Source: Pseudomonadota bacterium
GTDB lineage: Bacteria; Desulfobacterota; Desulfobacteria; Desulfobacterales; C00003106
Assembly: GCA_043805295.1 (NCBI GenBank)
Contig: JAZDIE010000170.1
Span: 1-36,481 of the forward strand
Reading direction: 5' to 3'
Length of the DNA stretch: 36,481 nt
This document shows, piece by piece, positions 1 to 9,920 of this stretch. The number at the start of each line of letters is the position of its first letter. The first letter of the stretch is position 1. The notes under the pieces are model-generated. The model saw nothing but the letters and a program-made list of their open reading frames with translations, ran no database searches and had not been told where the DNA came from. The position numbers were made by a program, and so were the translations under genes.

Positions 1-1074
1 CGGCTGGGCTGTCTTCCATTCTTCCAGTTGGTTAAGCCAGATGTCCCTATGGCTAATAGCCTCGCTAATATCCTCTTTTTCAAGAAGCTTGTTTAGCCTT
101 TTAAGGGATATCTTGCAATCTCCTACTATAGGTATAGTCACAGGGATATTTTTCTGGATAGACGTTGGATCAATATCAATATGAATAATCTTTGCGTTTC
201 TTGCAAAGGCGTCAAGCCTTCCTGTAACTCTATCATCAAATCGAACCCCTATGCCTATTAAAAGATCGCACTCTCCCACAGACATGTTTGCCCTGTATGT
301 CCCGTGCATGCCAAGCATGCCGAGCCATAACGGATGCGTGCCTGGAAACGCGCCAAGTCCCATAAGCGATCCTGTCACAGGAATTTTAAGCCGTTCCGCC
401 AGGCAAAAGAGTTCTTCGTGCGCTTGCGCAAGCACAACTCCGCCGCCTGCAAAGACAACTGGCTTGCGGGCATTAAGCATCAGTTTGATGGCCCTTTCAA
501 GCTGCTGCTTGTGCGGTTCAATAGTGGGGCGGTATGATTTCATATCCGGAGCGGATGGCATCTCAAAGGTTGTTTTTGCCTGAACAATATCCTTTGGAAG
601 GTCGATCAGCACCGGGCCTGGCCTGCCTGAACGGGCGAGATAAAATGCCTCTCTCACGATCTGACCGAGCTTGTCAACATCCTTAACCAGGTAGTTGTGT
701 TTTGTGCACGGCCTTGTGATCCCAACGATATCCACCTCTTGAAACGCGTCGTTTCCAATAAGAGATGTAGGTACCTGGCCGGTGAAAATCACGACAGGGA
801 TCGAATCCATATATGCGGACGCAATGCCGCTTACTGTATTCGTAGCCCCAGGCCCTGATGTCACCAGGCATACCCCAACCTTCTGAGAGGCTCGGGCATA
901 GCCGTCAGCCGCATGTACCGCTGCTTGTTCATGCCGTACCAGAAAAAACCGGATATCAGACTTGTACAATTCATCGAATATATCGATAACCGCACCACCT
1001 GGATAACCGAAGATAGTATCAACCCCTTCTTCCTTTAAAACCTCTAATAGAATTTGTGCGCCTGTAAGTTTAAT
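1..1074 (-). CDS. ilvB: Acetolactate synthase (AHAS) large subunit, partial; the 3' end lies beyond the left window edge
   Basis: The minus-strand frame is open from position 1. It translates as (I)KLTGAQILLEVLKEEGVDTIFGYPGGAVIDIFDEL..VRHEQAAVHAADGYARA..LVTSGPGATNTVSGIASAYMDSIPVVIFTGQV..GRPGPVLIDLPKD..GMLGMHGT, which are typical ThDP-enzyme/AHAS N-terminal and central domain motifs. An AAGGAGG Shine-Dalgarno lies 9 nt upstream of an ATT codon at 1072-1074. There is no in-frame ATG/GTG/TTG nearby, so the exact start is uncertain. Confidence 0.88.
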   Translation of the reverse strand, partial: MKLTGAQILLEVLKEEGVDTIFGYPGGAVIDIFDELYKSDIRFFLVRHEQAAVHAADGYARASQKVGVCLVTSGPGATNTVSGIASAYMDSIPVVIFTGQVPTSLIGNDAFQEVDIVGITRPCTKHNYLVKDVDKLGQIVREAFYLARSGRPGPVLIDLPKDIVQAKTTFEMPSAPDMKSYRPTIEPHKQQLERAIKLMLNARKPVVFAGGGVVLAQAHEELFCLAERLKIPVTGSLMGLGAFPGTHPLWLGMLGMHGTYRANMSVGECDLLIGIGVRFDDRVTGRLDAFARNAKIIHIDIDPTSIQKNIPVTIPIVGDCKISLKRLNKLLEKEDISEAISHRDIWLNQLEEWKTAQP

Positions 1075-1129
1075 AGCTACCCACCTCCTTATAGATAAAC
1101 TCGTAAGTCTAACGGCTTTGCAAAAAGTT

Positions 1130-2800
1130 TTACGAAGCCGTATCCTTTAAAACAGCTCCTGTCGCAGCCGAAGTCACCATTTGAGCATACCGGGCCATAT
1201 ACCCGGTGGAAATCTTCGGCATAGGCGGCTTCCATTCAGCAAGCCGCTTGTCGATCTCATTTGCTGACATCTCAAGCATTATAGATTTTTCAGGAATATT
1301 TATGGAGATTAAATCTCCTTCTTTTACAATCGCAATCGGCCCTGCTTCCATTGCTTCAGGGGATATATGTCCCACACACGCGCCCCTGGTTCCGCCTGAA
1401 AAACGGCCGTCTGTGATAAGCGCAACATCAGCGCCAAGTCCCATCCCTGCTATTGCAGAGGTTGGCGTGAGCATCTCCCGCATACCAGGGCCGCCTTTTG
1501 GGCCTTCGTAGCGGATCACCACCACGTCCCCTTTTTTTATTCCATTACCCATAATCGCGGCTACAGCCTCTTCCTCACTGTCAAAGACCCTGGCATGCCC
1601 ACGGTGGGAAAGCATTTTTGGATCAACCGCTGATTGTTTTACAACACAGCCTGCTGGCGCAAGGTTTCCAAAAAGAACCGCAAGCCCCCCTTCCTTATGA
1701 TATGGGTCGTCAGTTGATCGTATAACAGTTTGATCTTTTACTGTCCGGCCTGTTTTGTTTTCATCTATGGTCTTGCCGGTTACAGTCATGCACCCAGTAT
1801 TTATAAGCCCTTTTTTTGCAAGCTCGTCTATAACCGCGTACACCCCGCCCGCCCTGTCAAGGTCTTCCAAATGATGGCGTCCGCCAGGGCTTAATGAACA
1901 TATATGCGGGGTTTTTTTGCTGATCTCATTTATTAGATTTAAGTCTATATTAATTCCCGCCTCTTTGGCAATAGCGGTTATGTGAAGTACCGTGTTTGTA
2001 GAGCATCCCAGCGCCATGTCAACAGTAAGCGCATTATGAAAGGCCTCCCTTGTGAGTATTTTTCGCGGAGTCACCCCTTTTTTTAGAAGCTCCATAATTG
2101 CCATGCCAGCCTCTTTTGCAAGCCTTATACGACCAGCCATAACAGCAGGTATTGTGCCGTTTCCTGGCAGCCCCATGCCTATTGCCTCTGTCAGACAATT
2201 CATGGAGTTAGCGGTAAACATACCGGCGCACGACCCGCAAGTTGGACATGCGGAATCCTCTATCTCTGAAAGCGCCTGCTCAGTCATTTTGCCTGACTTA
2301 ACAGCCCCTACCCCTTCAAACACGCTTATCAGATCAATCTCCTTATCCCCCAGCCGTCCTGTCAGCATGGGTCCTCCGCTTACCACTACTGTGGGAATAT
2401 CAAGCCGGGCCGCAGCCATCAACATGCCAGGGACTATCTTGTCGCAGTTTGTAACCATTACAAGCGCGTCAAACGCGTGTGCTGTTGCCATGATCTCTAT
2501 GGAGTCAGCGATTAGCTCCCTGCTTCCAAGAGAATACTTCATCCCTATATGGTTCATGGCTATTCCATCGCAAACACCGATTGTTCCGAACTCTATAGGC
2601 GTTCCTCCGGCCATATAAACTCCTGCCTTTACCGCCTCGGTAATGCTATTTAGGTGGACATGACCGGGTATGATTTGATTGGCTGAGTTTGCTATACCTA
2701 TAAGTGGCCGTTTAAGCTCGGCGTTGCAATACCCCATTGCCTTAAACAACGACCGGTGGGGCGCCCGCTCAATCCCTGCTTTTACACTGTCGCTCTTCAC
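1130..2800 (-). CDS. ilvD: Dihydroxy-acid dehydratase
   Basis: The ORF-track protein contains [53 protein letters not shown] and GHISPEA, the IlvD/Edd family signatures. I place the start at GTG 2798-2800, giving (M)[15 protein letters not shown], which matches the usual short N-terminus. The ATG at 2845 is the alternative. The gene overlaps the cimA 3' end. Confidence 0.93.
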   Translation of the reverse strand: MKSDSVKAGIERAPHRSLFKAMGYCNAELKRPLIGIANSANQIIPGHVHLNSITEAVKAGVYMAGGTPIEFGTIGVCDGIAMNHIGMKYSLGSRELIADSIEIMATAHAFDALVMVTNCDKIVPGMLMAAARLDIPTVVVSGGPMLTGRLGDKEIDLISVFEGVGAVKSGKMTEQALSEIEDSACPTCGSCAGMFTANSMNCLTEAIGMGLPGNGTIPAVMAGRIRLAKEAGMAIMELLKKGVTPRKILTREAFHNALTVDMALGCSTNTVLHITAIAKEAGINIDLNLINEISKKTPHICSLSPGGRHHLEDLDRAGGVYAVIDELAKKGLINTGCMTVTGKTIDENKTGRTVKDQTVIRSTDDPYHKEGGLAVLFGNLAPAGCVVKQSAVDPKMLSHRGHARVFDSEEEAVAAIMGNGIKKGDVVVIRYEGPKGGPGMREMLTPTSAIAGMGLGADVALITDGRFSGGTRGACVGHISPEAMEAGPIAIVKEGDLISINIPEKSIMLEMSANEIDKRLAEWKPPMPKISTGYMARYAQMVTSAATGAVLKDTAS

Positions 2801-4382
2801 TCTTTTGTGATTCTCCCTTCCATGTATTGCAAAGCCTGTAGACAAAACTATCTACCAGCGCCTCCCAGCTTGCTAAAAGCACGTCCTCCGCGACCCCCAC
2901 AGTGCTCCATGTGACGCCCTTATCCCTTGACTCGATAAAGACTCGCACCTTTGCGGCAGTCGCATCTCTGCCGTCAATAACGCGCACCTTGAAATCTACA
3001 AGGCGCATATTTTCAAGACCGGTTCTGTAGAATTTATTCAATGCTTTTCTGAGCGCGTTGTCAAGGGCGTTTACCGGGCCGTTTCCCTCTGCCGCAGTAA
3101 TCTCTTCCTCATCGCCAACTGATATTTTTATTGTTGCGTAAGCCTTGCTTGGCAGATCCTTATTTTTTTCAGTCATTACCCTGAACGATTCCAGTTTAAA
3201 CGGCGGGTCAAACTGTCCTGCCAGTTTTTTTGTTAAAAGCTCAAAGGACGCCTCCGCTGCTTCGAACTGATAACCTTCATATTCCAATCGCTTTACTTCT
3301 TCTACGATTTTTTTTGTGTGGGACTCGTCATTCCCCAGCTCTATTCCAAATTCCTTTGCCTTATACGCCACATTGCTCTTACCTGAAAGGTCTGAGACAA
3401 GCACGCGCCTGTTATTCCCCACTATTTCAGGATCAATATGCTCATATGCCTTGGGGGTTTTCATAACAGCGGCCACATGCACACCCCCCTTATGGGCAAA
3501 CGCGCTCTTTCCCACAAACGGCCGGCCATGAAACGGCGGGACGTTGGCGATCTCGCTTATATACCTTGATATCTCTGTAAGATGGCGGATATTTTCCGAA
3601 GGTATGCAATCAAGCCCCATTTTAAGCTGAAGGTTTGGGATGATAGTGGTTAAATCAGCATTTCCGCACCGCTCTCCAAATCCGTTGATCGTGCCTTGCA
3701 CCATGACCGCTCCGGCCATGACTGCGGCAAGGGTATTTGCAACAGCAAGCCCTCCGTCGTTGTGGGTGTGGATGCCGATAGCAACAGGGATATGAGGCAC
3801 AACCTGCTCCATAATTTCAGAAACTTCAAATTGGAGCATTCCGCCATTAGTATCGCACAAGACTATCGCCTTTGCCCCTGCTTTTACAGCGGCCTCAAGC
3901 GTTTGTATCGCATACTCAGAATTGCTTTTATACCCGTCAAAAAAATGCTCGGCGTCATAAAGCACTTCCAGCCCATGTGAACAAAGAAACAAGACCGAGT
4001 CAGAGATCATGGCCAGGTTTTCTTTCATGGTGTTTGACATGACCTTTTTGACATGCAAATCCCAGGTCTTTCCAAATATTGTAACCACCTTTGCGCCAGA
4101 CGAAACAAGCGCCTTAATGTTAGGATCGTCTTTAGGATGGATTTTGGGCCTGCGTGTGCTTCCAAATGCGGTTATCCGTGCGGTCTCAAGCTCAATGCCT
4201 TGCGCTTGCTGAAAAAACTCGACATCTTTTGGATTAGACCCCGGCCATCCGCCTTCAATATAATGCACGCCTAACTGGTCAAGTTTCTGGGTTACACGGA
4301 TTTTATCCAGGACAGAAAAGTTTATCTTTTCGCCCTGACTTCCGTCCCTAAGTGTGGTGTCGTATACTATAATTTTGCGCAT
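2769..4382 (-). CDS. cimA: (R)-citramalate synthase / 2-isopropylmalate synthase family (LeuA type 2)
   Basis: The N-terminus is [37 protein letters not shown], followed by [17 protein letters not shown] and a C-terminal LeuA-dimer-like regulatory domain. The ~530 aa length and the [10 protein letters not shown] motif are typical of the CimA-like clade. The SD AAGAGG lies upstream of ATG 4382. It sits first in a cimA-ilvD-ilvB gene order. Confidence 0.78.
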   Translation of the reverse strand: MRKIIVYDTTLRDGSQGEKINFSVLDKIRVTQKLDQLGVHYIEGGWPGSNPKDVEFFQQAQGIELETARITAFGSTRRPKIHPKDDPNIKALVSSGAKVVTIFGKTWDLHVKKVMSNTMKENLAMISDSVLFLCSHGLEVLYDAEHFFDGYKSNSEYAIQTLEAAVKAGAKAIVLCDTNGGMLQFEVSEIMEQVVPHIPVAIGIHTHNDGGLAVANTLAAVMAGAVMVQGTINGFGERCGNADLTTIIPNLQLKMGLDCIPSENIRHLTEISRYISEIANVPPFHGRPFVGKSAFAHKGGVHVAAVMKTPKAYEHIDPEIVGNNRRVLVSDLSGKSNVAYKAKEFGIELGNDESHTKKIVEEVKRLEYEGYQFEAAEASFELLTKKLAGQFDPPFKLESFRVMTEKNKDLPSKAYATIKISVGDEEEITAAEGNGPVNALDNALRKALNKFYRTGLENMRLVDFKVRVIDGRDATAAKVRVFIESRDKGVTWSTVGVAEDVLLASWEALVDSFVYRLCNTWKGESQKSEERQCKSRD

Positions 4383-4440
4383 GAGCCTCTTGCTGAAAAT
4401 ATCAGAATTTTAAAGAAATAGCTCTGACTTGGACTTTTTA

Positions 4441-4661
4441 CTAGTTAGTGCCTGAACGAAAACCTCCCCTTTGGCTCAATCTCTACGTCAGGCTCGGATT
4501 TTAAAATCCTCAAAATACTCAATCAAACACAGTGTAGTCATTGCCCGACTTAATCGGGCAAACCAGGTATTAATCAATATTCTGGATCGTCCGATCAAGT
4601 CGGACGACGACTAATCTTTCTTGACCTCGAACCACATTGGAGGTTTCCGTTCAGACACTAG
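4441..4661. mobile_element. MITE-like, inverted-repeat-bounded structured element in the cimA 5' leader
   Basis: The imperfect terminal inverted repeats are CTAGTTAGTGCCTGAACGAAAACCTCC (4441-4467) and GGAGGTTTCCGTTCAGACACTAG (4639-4661). Both ends are flanked by TTA (4438-4440 and 4662-4664). Three perfect internal hairpins are present: GGATTTTAAAATCC at 4496-4509, TTGCCCGA/TCGGGCAA at 4541-4561, and CGTCCGA/TCGGACG at 4588-4606. There is no coding capacity. Confidence 0.45.
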
Positions 4662-4904
4662 TTAATCAATAAAAACTTACAGATTCTATTTCAGTTAATG
4701 AGTAACCGTTATAATGTCAAGATTTTTTTCCTGTATTATGGTTCAGCCGGTTTATGCTACTGCGGTGCAGATCAGATCGGAGATATGATCAACCATGATA
4801 AGAATCCCAAAGGGCGGTAGAGTCTTGCCTGTACGATCTTTCTTTAGACCCTGTCTTTCAAAAGAATTCCATCTTTCCATGCTGGAAGGAAGGGTTTTCA
4901 TGGG

Positions 4905-5007
4905 AAAAATAAAATATAAAAAATGTCTCTCACAGAGACACAAAGCACACAAAGCAAAAATCAAATAAAATCTTAGTGATCTCTGTGCCTTTGTGAGAGT
5001 AAATGGT
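4905..5007 (+). repeat. Dispersed palindromic repeat, copy A (103 bp, 100% identical to the reverse complement of 35802-35904)
   Basis: I compared the two copies base by base. Copy A contains the hairpin TGTCTCT-CAC-AGAGACA (4924-4940) and CACAAAG-type arms (CTCTCACAGAGACACAAAGCACACAAAGC ... GATCTCTGTGCCTTTGTGAGAG). Confidence 0.95.
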
Positions 5008-5013
5008 ATTTTC

Positions 5014-6066
5014 ATGGTAAACGTAAAAAACATCTGCCTCACGGCATATGCAACTGCCGCTGGCTGAGCGGCAAAATTGAGTCCACGTGACTTGGACTCT
5101 ATACTCTGTTGTCTGCCGCCCATAAAAGACCCCAGGCTCATTGTTGGACTTGAGCAGCCAGACGACGCCGGAGTCTTTCAGCTCACTGATGACATTGCGC
5201 TGGTTCAGACGCTCGACTTTTTCACCCCTATCGTTGACAACCCATATGAATTTGGACAAATCGCGGCAGCTAACGCCTTAAGCGACATATATGCGATGGG
5301 AGGATCTCCTTTGACCGCTATGAGTATTGTGGGGTTCCCTATAGGAAAGCTCGACAAAGAGATATTAAAAGATATCATCGCGGGTGGAATCGACAAACTT
5401 AATGAAGCGCATACACTCCTTATAGGCGGCCACAGCATAGATGATCAGGAAATAAAATACGGATTTTCAGTAACCGGACTTGTGCACCCGTCCAGAGTGG
5501 TAAAAAACCGGGGCGCAAAAACAGGAGACAGGCTTGTCCTTACAAAACCAATAGGCACTGGGATCATTGCTACTGCCGCCAAGGGAAAAACCGCCTCAAT
5601 TGAAGCACAAAAAGAGATTGTTGAATCTATGATCGCATTAAACAAGAACGCCTCAGAAGTCATGCAGGAAGTCGGTGTTAATGCATGCACTGATGTAACC
5701 GGCTTCGGACTTATAGGCCACCTTGTTGGTATGCTCAACGGCTCAGACGGCGGTTTTTCCCTTGAAGCAACAAGTATCCCCTATTTCCCGGCTGCAAAAG
5801 AGTATGCGTCTATGGGTCTTATACCTGCTGGCTGTCATGCAAACAGGTCTTTTTATCAAAAACATGTAGAGATAAAAGGAAAACATCCTCCACTCTGGCT
5901 TATGGACTTGATCTATGACCCCCAGACCTCAGGAGGACTTATCATGGCCGTGCCAGAGAATAAGGTCGCTACCTTATTTGATAAACTCGAAACACGCGGG
6001 ATTAAAACAGCAAAGATCATCGGACAGGTTGTAGAATCGTCTAAAAATAAAATCGTAATTTTCTAA
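5014..6066 (+). CDS. selD: Selenide, water dikinase (selenophosphate synthetase), selenocysteine-containing; TGA at 5065-5067 is read as Sec
   Basis: The ORF-track protein (5077..6066) is clearly SelD/AIR-synthase-like (DFFTPIVDNPYEFGQIAAANALSDIYAMGG, GGHSIDD, TDVTGFGLIGH, DPQTSGGL) but lacks the N-terminal active-site loop. Reading upstream in the same frame from ATG 5014 gives MVNVKNICLTAYATAAG-[TGA]-AAKLSPRDLDSIL. This aligns with the E. coli SelD region [25 protein letters not shown], and the TGA falls exactly at the catalytic Cys17 position. Confidence 0.88.
5068..5119 (+). promoter_or_regulatory. Candidate bacterial SECIS element downstream of the selD UGA
   Basis: A perfect 7-bp hairpin, GAGTCCA (5079-5085) / TGGACTC (5093-5099), carries a 7-nt loop CGTGACT and starts 11 nt after the UGA. 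An outer helix pairs GCGGCA (5068-5073) with TGCCGC (5114-5119). Confidence 0.6.
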
Positions 6067-6095
6067 CTTCCATTATTTTGGGAAATAAGCTATTC

Positions 6096-6123
6096 TTGAC
6101 AATAGACGAAACCTTATTATATT
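6096..6123 (+). promoter_or_regulatory. Candidate sigma70-type promoter for the FmdB-like gene
   Basis: TTGACA (6096-6101), a 16-nt spacer, then TATATT (6118-6123). This lies ~30 nt upstream of the AAGGAGG ribosome-binding site. Confidence 0.4.
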
Positions 6124-6154
6124 TTATCTAGATTTGCTAAGGAGGAAAAAATAT

Positions 6155-6439
6155 ATGCCAATATATGAATATGAGTGCAAAAAATGCGGGGCTGTGGAAG
6201 AAGTATGGCAAAAAATTTCAGATAAACCGCTTACCACTTGCAAAGCTTGTAAGGGGGATGTCCATAAGGTGATCTCTCAATCCACCTTTCATCTTAAAGG
6301 AAGTGGCTGGTATGTGACTGATTATGCCAATAAATCTTCATCCTCAGACAAACCAGCAAAGGCAAAAAAACAGGACTCTGCTACTGCCAATACCACTACC
6401 ACCACAAAAGAGACAGTGCCAGCAAAATCAGGTGAATAA
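6155..6439 (+). CDS. FmdB-family zinc-ribbon protein (CxxC-CxxC) with a low-complexity Ser/Thr/Lys tail
   Basis: MPIYEYECKKCG..TCKACKG..KGSGWY is the FmdB/CxxC_CxxC_SSSS pattern. The SD AAGGAGG (6139-6145) precedes ATG 6155. The ORF-track start at 6134 (TTG) is unlikely. Confidence 0.8.
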   Translation: MPIYEYECKKCGAVEEVWQKISDKPLTTCKACKGDVHKVISQSTFHLKGSGWYVTDYANKSSSSDKPAKAKKQDSATANTTTTTKETVPAKSGE

Positions 6440-6440
6440 T

Positions 6441-7656
<1,216 letters not shown>

Positions 7657-7658
7657 CC

Positions 7659-8492
7659 TCAAGGAAACATTTGCTTATAATGAAACGGATCATAGCTTGC
7701 GCGTAGATATATTTGAGGAAATTCTGTCGAAACCTTAGGATCTTCATAAATAATTCTCAATATCCTTACAATATCAATATCTCCTGACCAGATAGTTTTT
7801 GATACCCCATCCATAGCCGCTTTTACACAGCAGTTTGCAACAAGTTTGATATCAATATCTGAAAAACCTGGTACAGACCTCACCTCAAACCGCTTTTTGC
7901 ACAATCCGACTACAGCGGAATATAGCGAACTATCGCTAAAATCAAAAAGCTGACGTCGCACACTAAGCGTCTCAACCAGCATATCTATCTGTTCAAGGTA
8001 GAGTTTCTGCTGTTTCCATATCTTTTCAATCCACTCTATCTCATGGTGAAATCGGCCTTGATATGATGCGATAAAATTCTCCAGCCCCTTTTTTTGTTCC
8101 TGATACACCTCATTGGGAATGGCCATATCCATGGTGTATACAATCTCCTCCAGGACTTTCAAAAACTGACTTAATACCTGAAAAAGAGAGGGAAGATATT
8201 CTCTGTAGCGCTGATTTTCTGATCTTTTAATAAATCCAATATAGTTAAATACCTGGTTTATCTGCGCGGATCTTATATAAGCAGGATGACGTTCCTGCCC
8301 GTCAAGTAACGCTTGAACTTTACGAGGGTCTTCAATCCTTGGTACAGAAAGCTCTGCCGGGACATATGCAGAAAACATGTTCGAGTCGAATATGTTCCCA
8401 GATGGACTTTCATACATCGCTGTTCTTAGCGAGTAGGGATAGACTTCTCGCACTTCTCTTGAGGCATAGTCTTCTGTTTTATATTCTTCCAC
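7659..8492 (-). CDS. Hypothetical protein (277 aa), no family recognised
   Basis: A long ORF packed between tgt and rarA on the same strand. The start is GTG with a poor SD, so the start is uncertain. The C-terminal stretch SDIDIKLVANCCVKAAMDG..IWSGDIDIVRIL is faintly reminiscent of PIN/NYN-type acidic motifs, but this is not a secure assignment. Confidence 0.55.
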   Translation of the reverse strand: MEEYKTEDYASREVREVYPYSLRTAMYESPSGNIFDSNMFSAYVPAELSVPRIEDPRKVQALLDGQERHPAYIRSAQINQVFNYIGFIKRSENQRYREYLPSLFQVLSQFLKVLEEIVYTMDMAIPNEVYQEQKKGLENFIASYQGRFHHEIEWIEKIWKQQKLYLEQIDMLVETLSVRRQLFDFSDSSLYSAVVGLCKKRFEVRSVPGFSDIDIKLVANCCVKAAMDGVSKTIWSGDIDIVRILRIIYEDPKVSTEFPQIYLRASYDPFHYKQMFP

Positions 8493-8530
8493 CTCTCCAC
8501 CCTTTCTTTTACGGTTTTTTCATACCCCCT

Positions 8531-9811
8531 CTAGGCAGGTTCATAGAAACACATACATCTTATTTCTTCAGGGAGATACTCCTGAGGCGCATATGCGTCT
8601 GAGAAATCATGCGCATACTGGTATCCCTCCCCGTAGCCAAGAGTTTTCATGAGCTTAGTAGGCGCATTCCGGATATGGAATGGAACAGAAAGCGACCCCG
8701 TCTCTGATATCACTTTTTTTACTTTTCCATAAGCAATATAAAGAGAATTGCTCTTGGGCGCTGTGGCAAGATAAACCGCCGCCTCTGCGAGCGCCAGTTC
8801 ACCTTCAGGAAGACCGATAAGCCGAAAGGCTTCCACAGCGGACTGCGCAACAACCAACGCCTGAGGATCAGCAATCCCGATATCCTCTGAAGCGAAACGG
8901 ATCATGCGCCTTGCAATATAAAGCGGATATTCCCCGGCTTCAAGCATTCGAGCCATCCAATAAAGGGCCGCATCAGGGTCGCTTCCTCGCAGGCTCTTAT
9001 GAAAGGCCGATATAAGATTATAGTGCTCTTCTCCGTTCTTGTCATATCTAAACGCTTTTCTTTTGAGAATCTCCTCTGCATCTCCCAGGCATATCCTCCT
9101 ATTACCGGATTGATCAGTAAGCGCGGCGTTTGAGATCAATTCCAGGTTATTGAGCGCCTTCCTTGCATCTCCATCTGAAATACGCGCCAGATAAGAAATC
9201 ACGCCTTCATCCAAAAAAATATGAAGGCCTCCTAATCCGTATTTATTATCATCAACAGCGCGGCGCAATATTACAACCAGTTCGTCATGGGTAAGCGGGG
9301 TAAGCGCTAATACACGCGCGCGCGACAGAAGCGGCGCAATCACTTCAAACGAAGGATTTTCAGTGGTCGCGCCGATAAGAGTTATAAGTCCGCTTTCAAC
9401 ATGCGCCAGAAAGGAGTCCTGCTGCGCCTTGTTAAAACGATGTATCTCGTCCACAAACAGTATAGTGCGCCTACGGTAAAGCGATTGTTGTTTTTGTGCC
9501 TCATCTATGACAGCGCGAATCTCTTTAACGCCAGAGAGAACCGCGGAAAATGACACAAAATACGCGTTTGTCTCCTGTGCGATTATTGTCGCAAGCGTGG
9601 TCTTGCCGCAGCCAGGCGGGCCCCATAGTATCATTGAAAAAGGCTTATCCCCCTTAATCGCCCTGGTTATGAATCCATCAGGGCTAATAAGGGATGATTG
9701 CCCCACAAATCCGTCAAGGTCTTTTGGCCGCATACGATCAGCAAGCGGCCTCGCCTGATCATCACAGGGTTGGTTGTTTTTTTTGAACAAGTCCATATTT
9801 TGGTGTAGCAT
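8531..9811 (-). CDS. rarA: Replication-associated recombination protein A (AAA+ ATPase)
   Basis: LADRMRPKDLDGFVGQ, Walker A GPPGCGKTTLA, Walker B LFVDEIHRFNKAQQD, and the C-terminal MgsA region (DKNGEEHYNLISAFHKSLRGSDPDAALYW, GYGEGYQYAHD). The start could be ATG 9811 or ATG 9796. Confidence 0.92.
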   Translation of the reverse strand: MLHQNMDLFKKNNQPCDDQARPLADRMRPKDLDGFVGQSSLISPDGFITRAIKGDKPFSMILWGPPGCGKTTLATIIAQETNAYFVSFSAVLSGVKEIRAVIDEAQKQQSLYRRRTILFVDEIHRFNKAQQDSFLAHVESGLITLIGATTENPSFEVIAPLLSRARVLALTPLTHDELVVILRRAVDDNKYGLGGLHIFLDEGVISYLARISDGDARKALNNLELISNAALTDQSGNRRICLGDAEEILKRKAFRYDKNGEEHYNLISAFHKSLRGSDPDAALYWMARMLEAGEYPLYIARRMIRFASEDIGIADPQALVVAQSAVEAFRLIGLPEGELALAEAAVYLATAPKSNSLYIAYGKVKKVISETGSLSVPFHIRNAPTKLMKTLGYGEGYQYAHDFSDAYAPQEYLPEEIRCMCFYEPA

Positions 9812-9841
9812 ATAACCAAGCTATAGGTCACTACAAAAAAG

Positions 9842-9870
9842 TTGACACAATCCATTAGCAGGTATTTAAT
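9842..9870 (+). promoter_or_regulatory. Candidate sigma70-type promoter for the GAF-PilB-type ATPase gene
   Basis: TTGACA (9842-9847), a 17-nt spacer, then TTTAAT (9865-9870). Confidence 0.45.
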
Positions 9871-9883
9871 TTCGATAACAATG

Positions 9884-9903
9884 GCAACTATTCAGGTGTA
9901 TAG
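9884..9903. repeat. CTGAAGG / CACCTGAATAG family, partial unit (locus 3)
   Basis: GCAACTATTCAGGTGTATAG matches the reverse complement of 7634-7653 at 18 of 20 positions. Confidence 0.6.
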
Positions 9904-9920
9904 AGTTGAAAAGGGGGGAT

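Noticed and set aside
251-583. Long plus-strand ORFs antisense to ilvB, ilvD, cimA, groEL, the permease and other genes. Examples are 251-583, 2052-2618, 3696-3980, 17847-18233, 18714-19247 and 19407-19790.
   Set aside because: Each lies entirely inside a much longer ORF on the opposite strand that has clear family signatures. Their translations are low-complexity (Ser/Pro/Ile-rich) shadow frames with no ribosome-binding site or recognisable motif.
4383-4760. A T-box or amino-acid attenuator leader upstream of cimA.
   Set aside because: I looked on the transcribed strand for the T-box core (..GGGTGGTACCGCG..) and for a Leu/Ile/Val-rich leader peptide. The closest string, AATGTGGTTCGAGG, is a poor match, and no such peptide is present.
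4900-4968. A 22-aa highly basic mini-ORF (MGKIKYKKCLSQRHKAHKAKIK) with a GGAAGGAAGG upstream, also readable in copy B.
   Set aside because: The two copies are identical at the DNA level, so the shared ORF carries no independent evidence of selection. The basic peptide is simply what CACAAAG/AAA-rich repeat DNA encodes. It would only be worth revisiting if Ribo-seq shows translation.
4752-5259. Minus-strand ORFs 4752-5141 (129 aa) and 4930-5259 (109 aa).
   Set aside because: They overlap the selD N-terminal coding region and read straight through repeat copy A, producing the peptide ..LIFALCALCLCERHF... They have no ribosome-binding site and are best explained as repeat or antisense artefacts.
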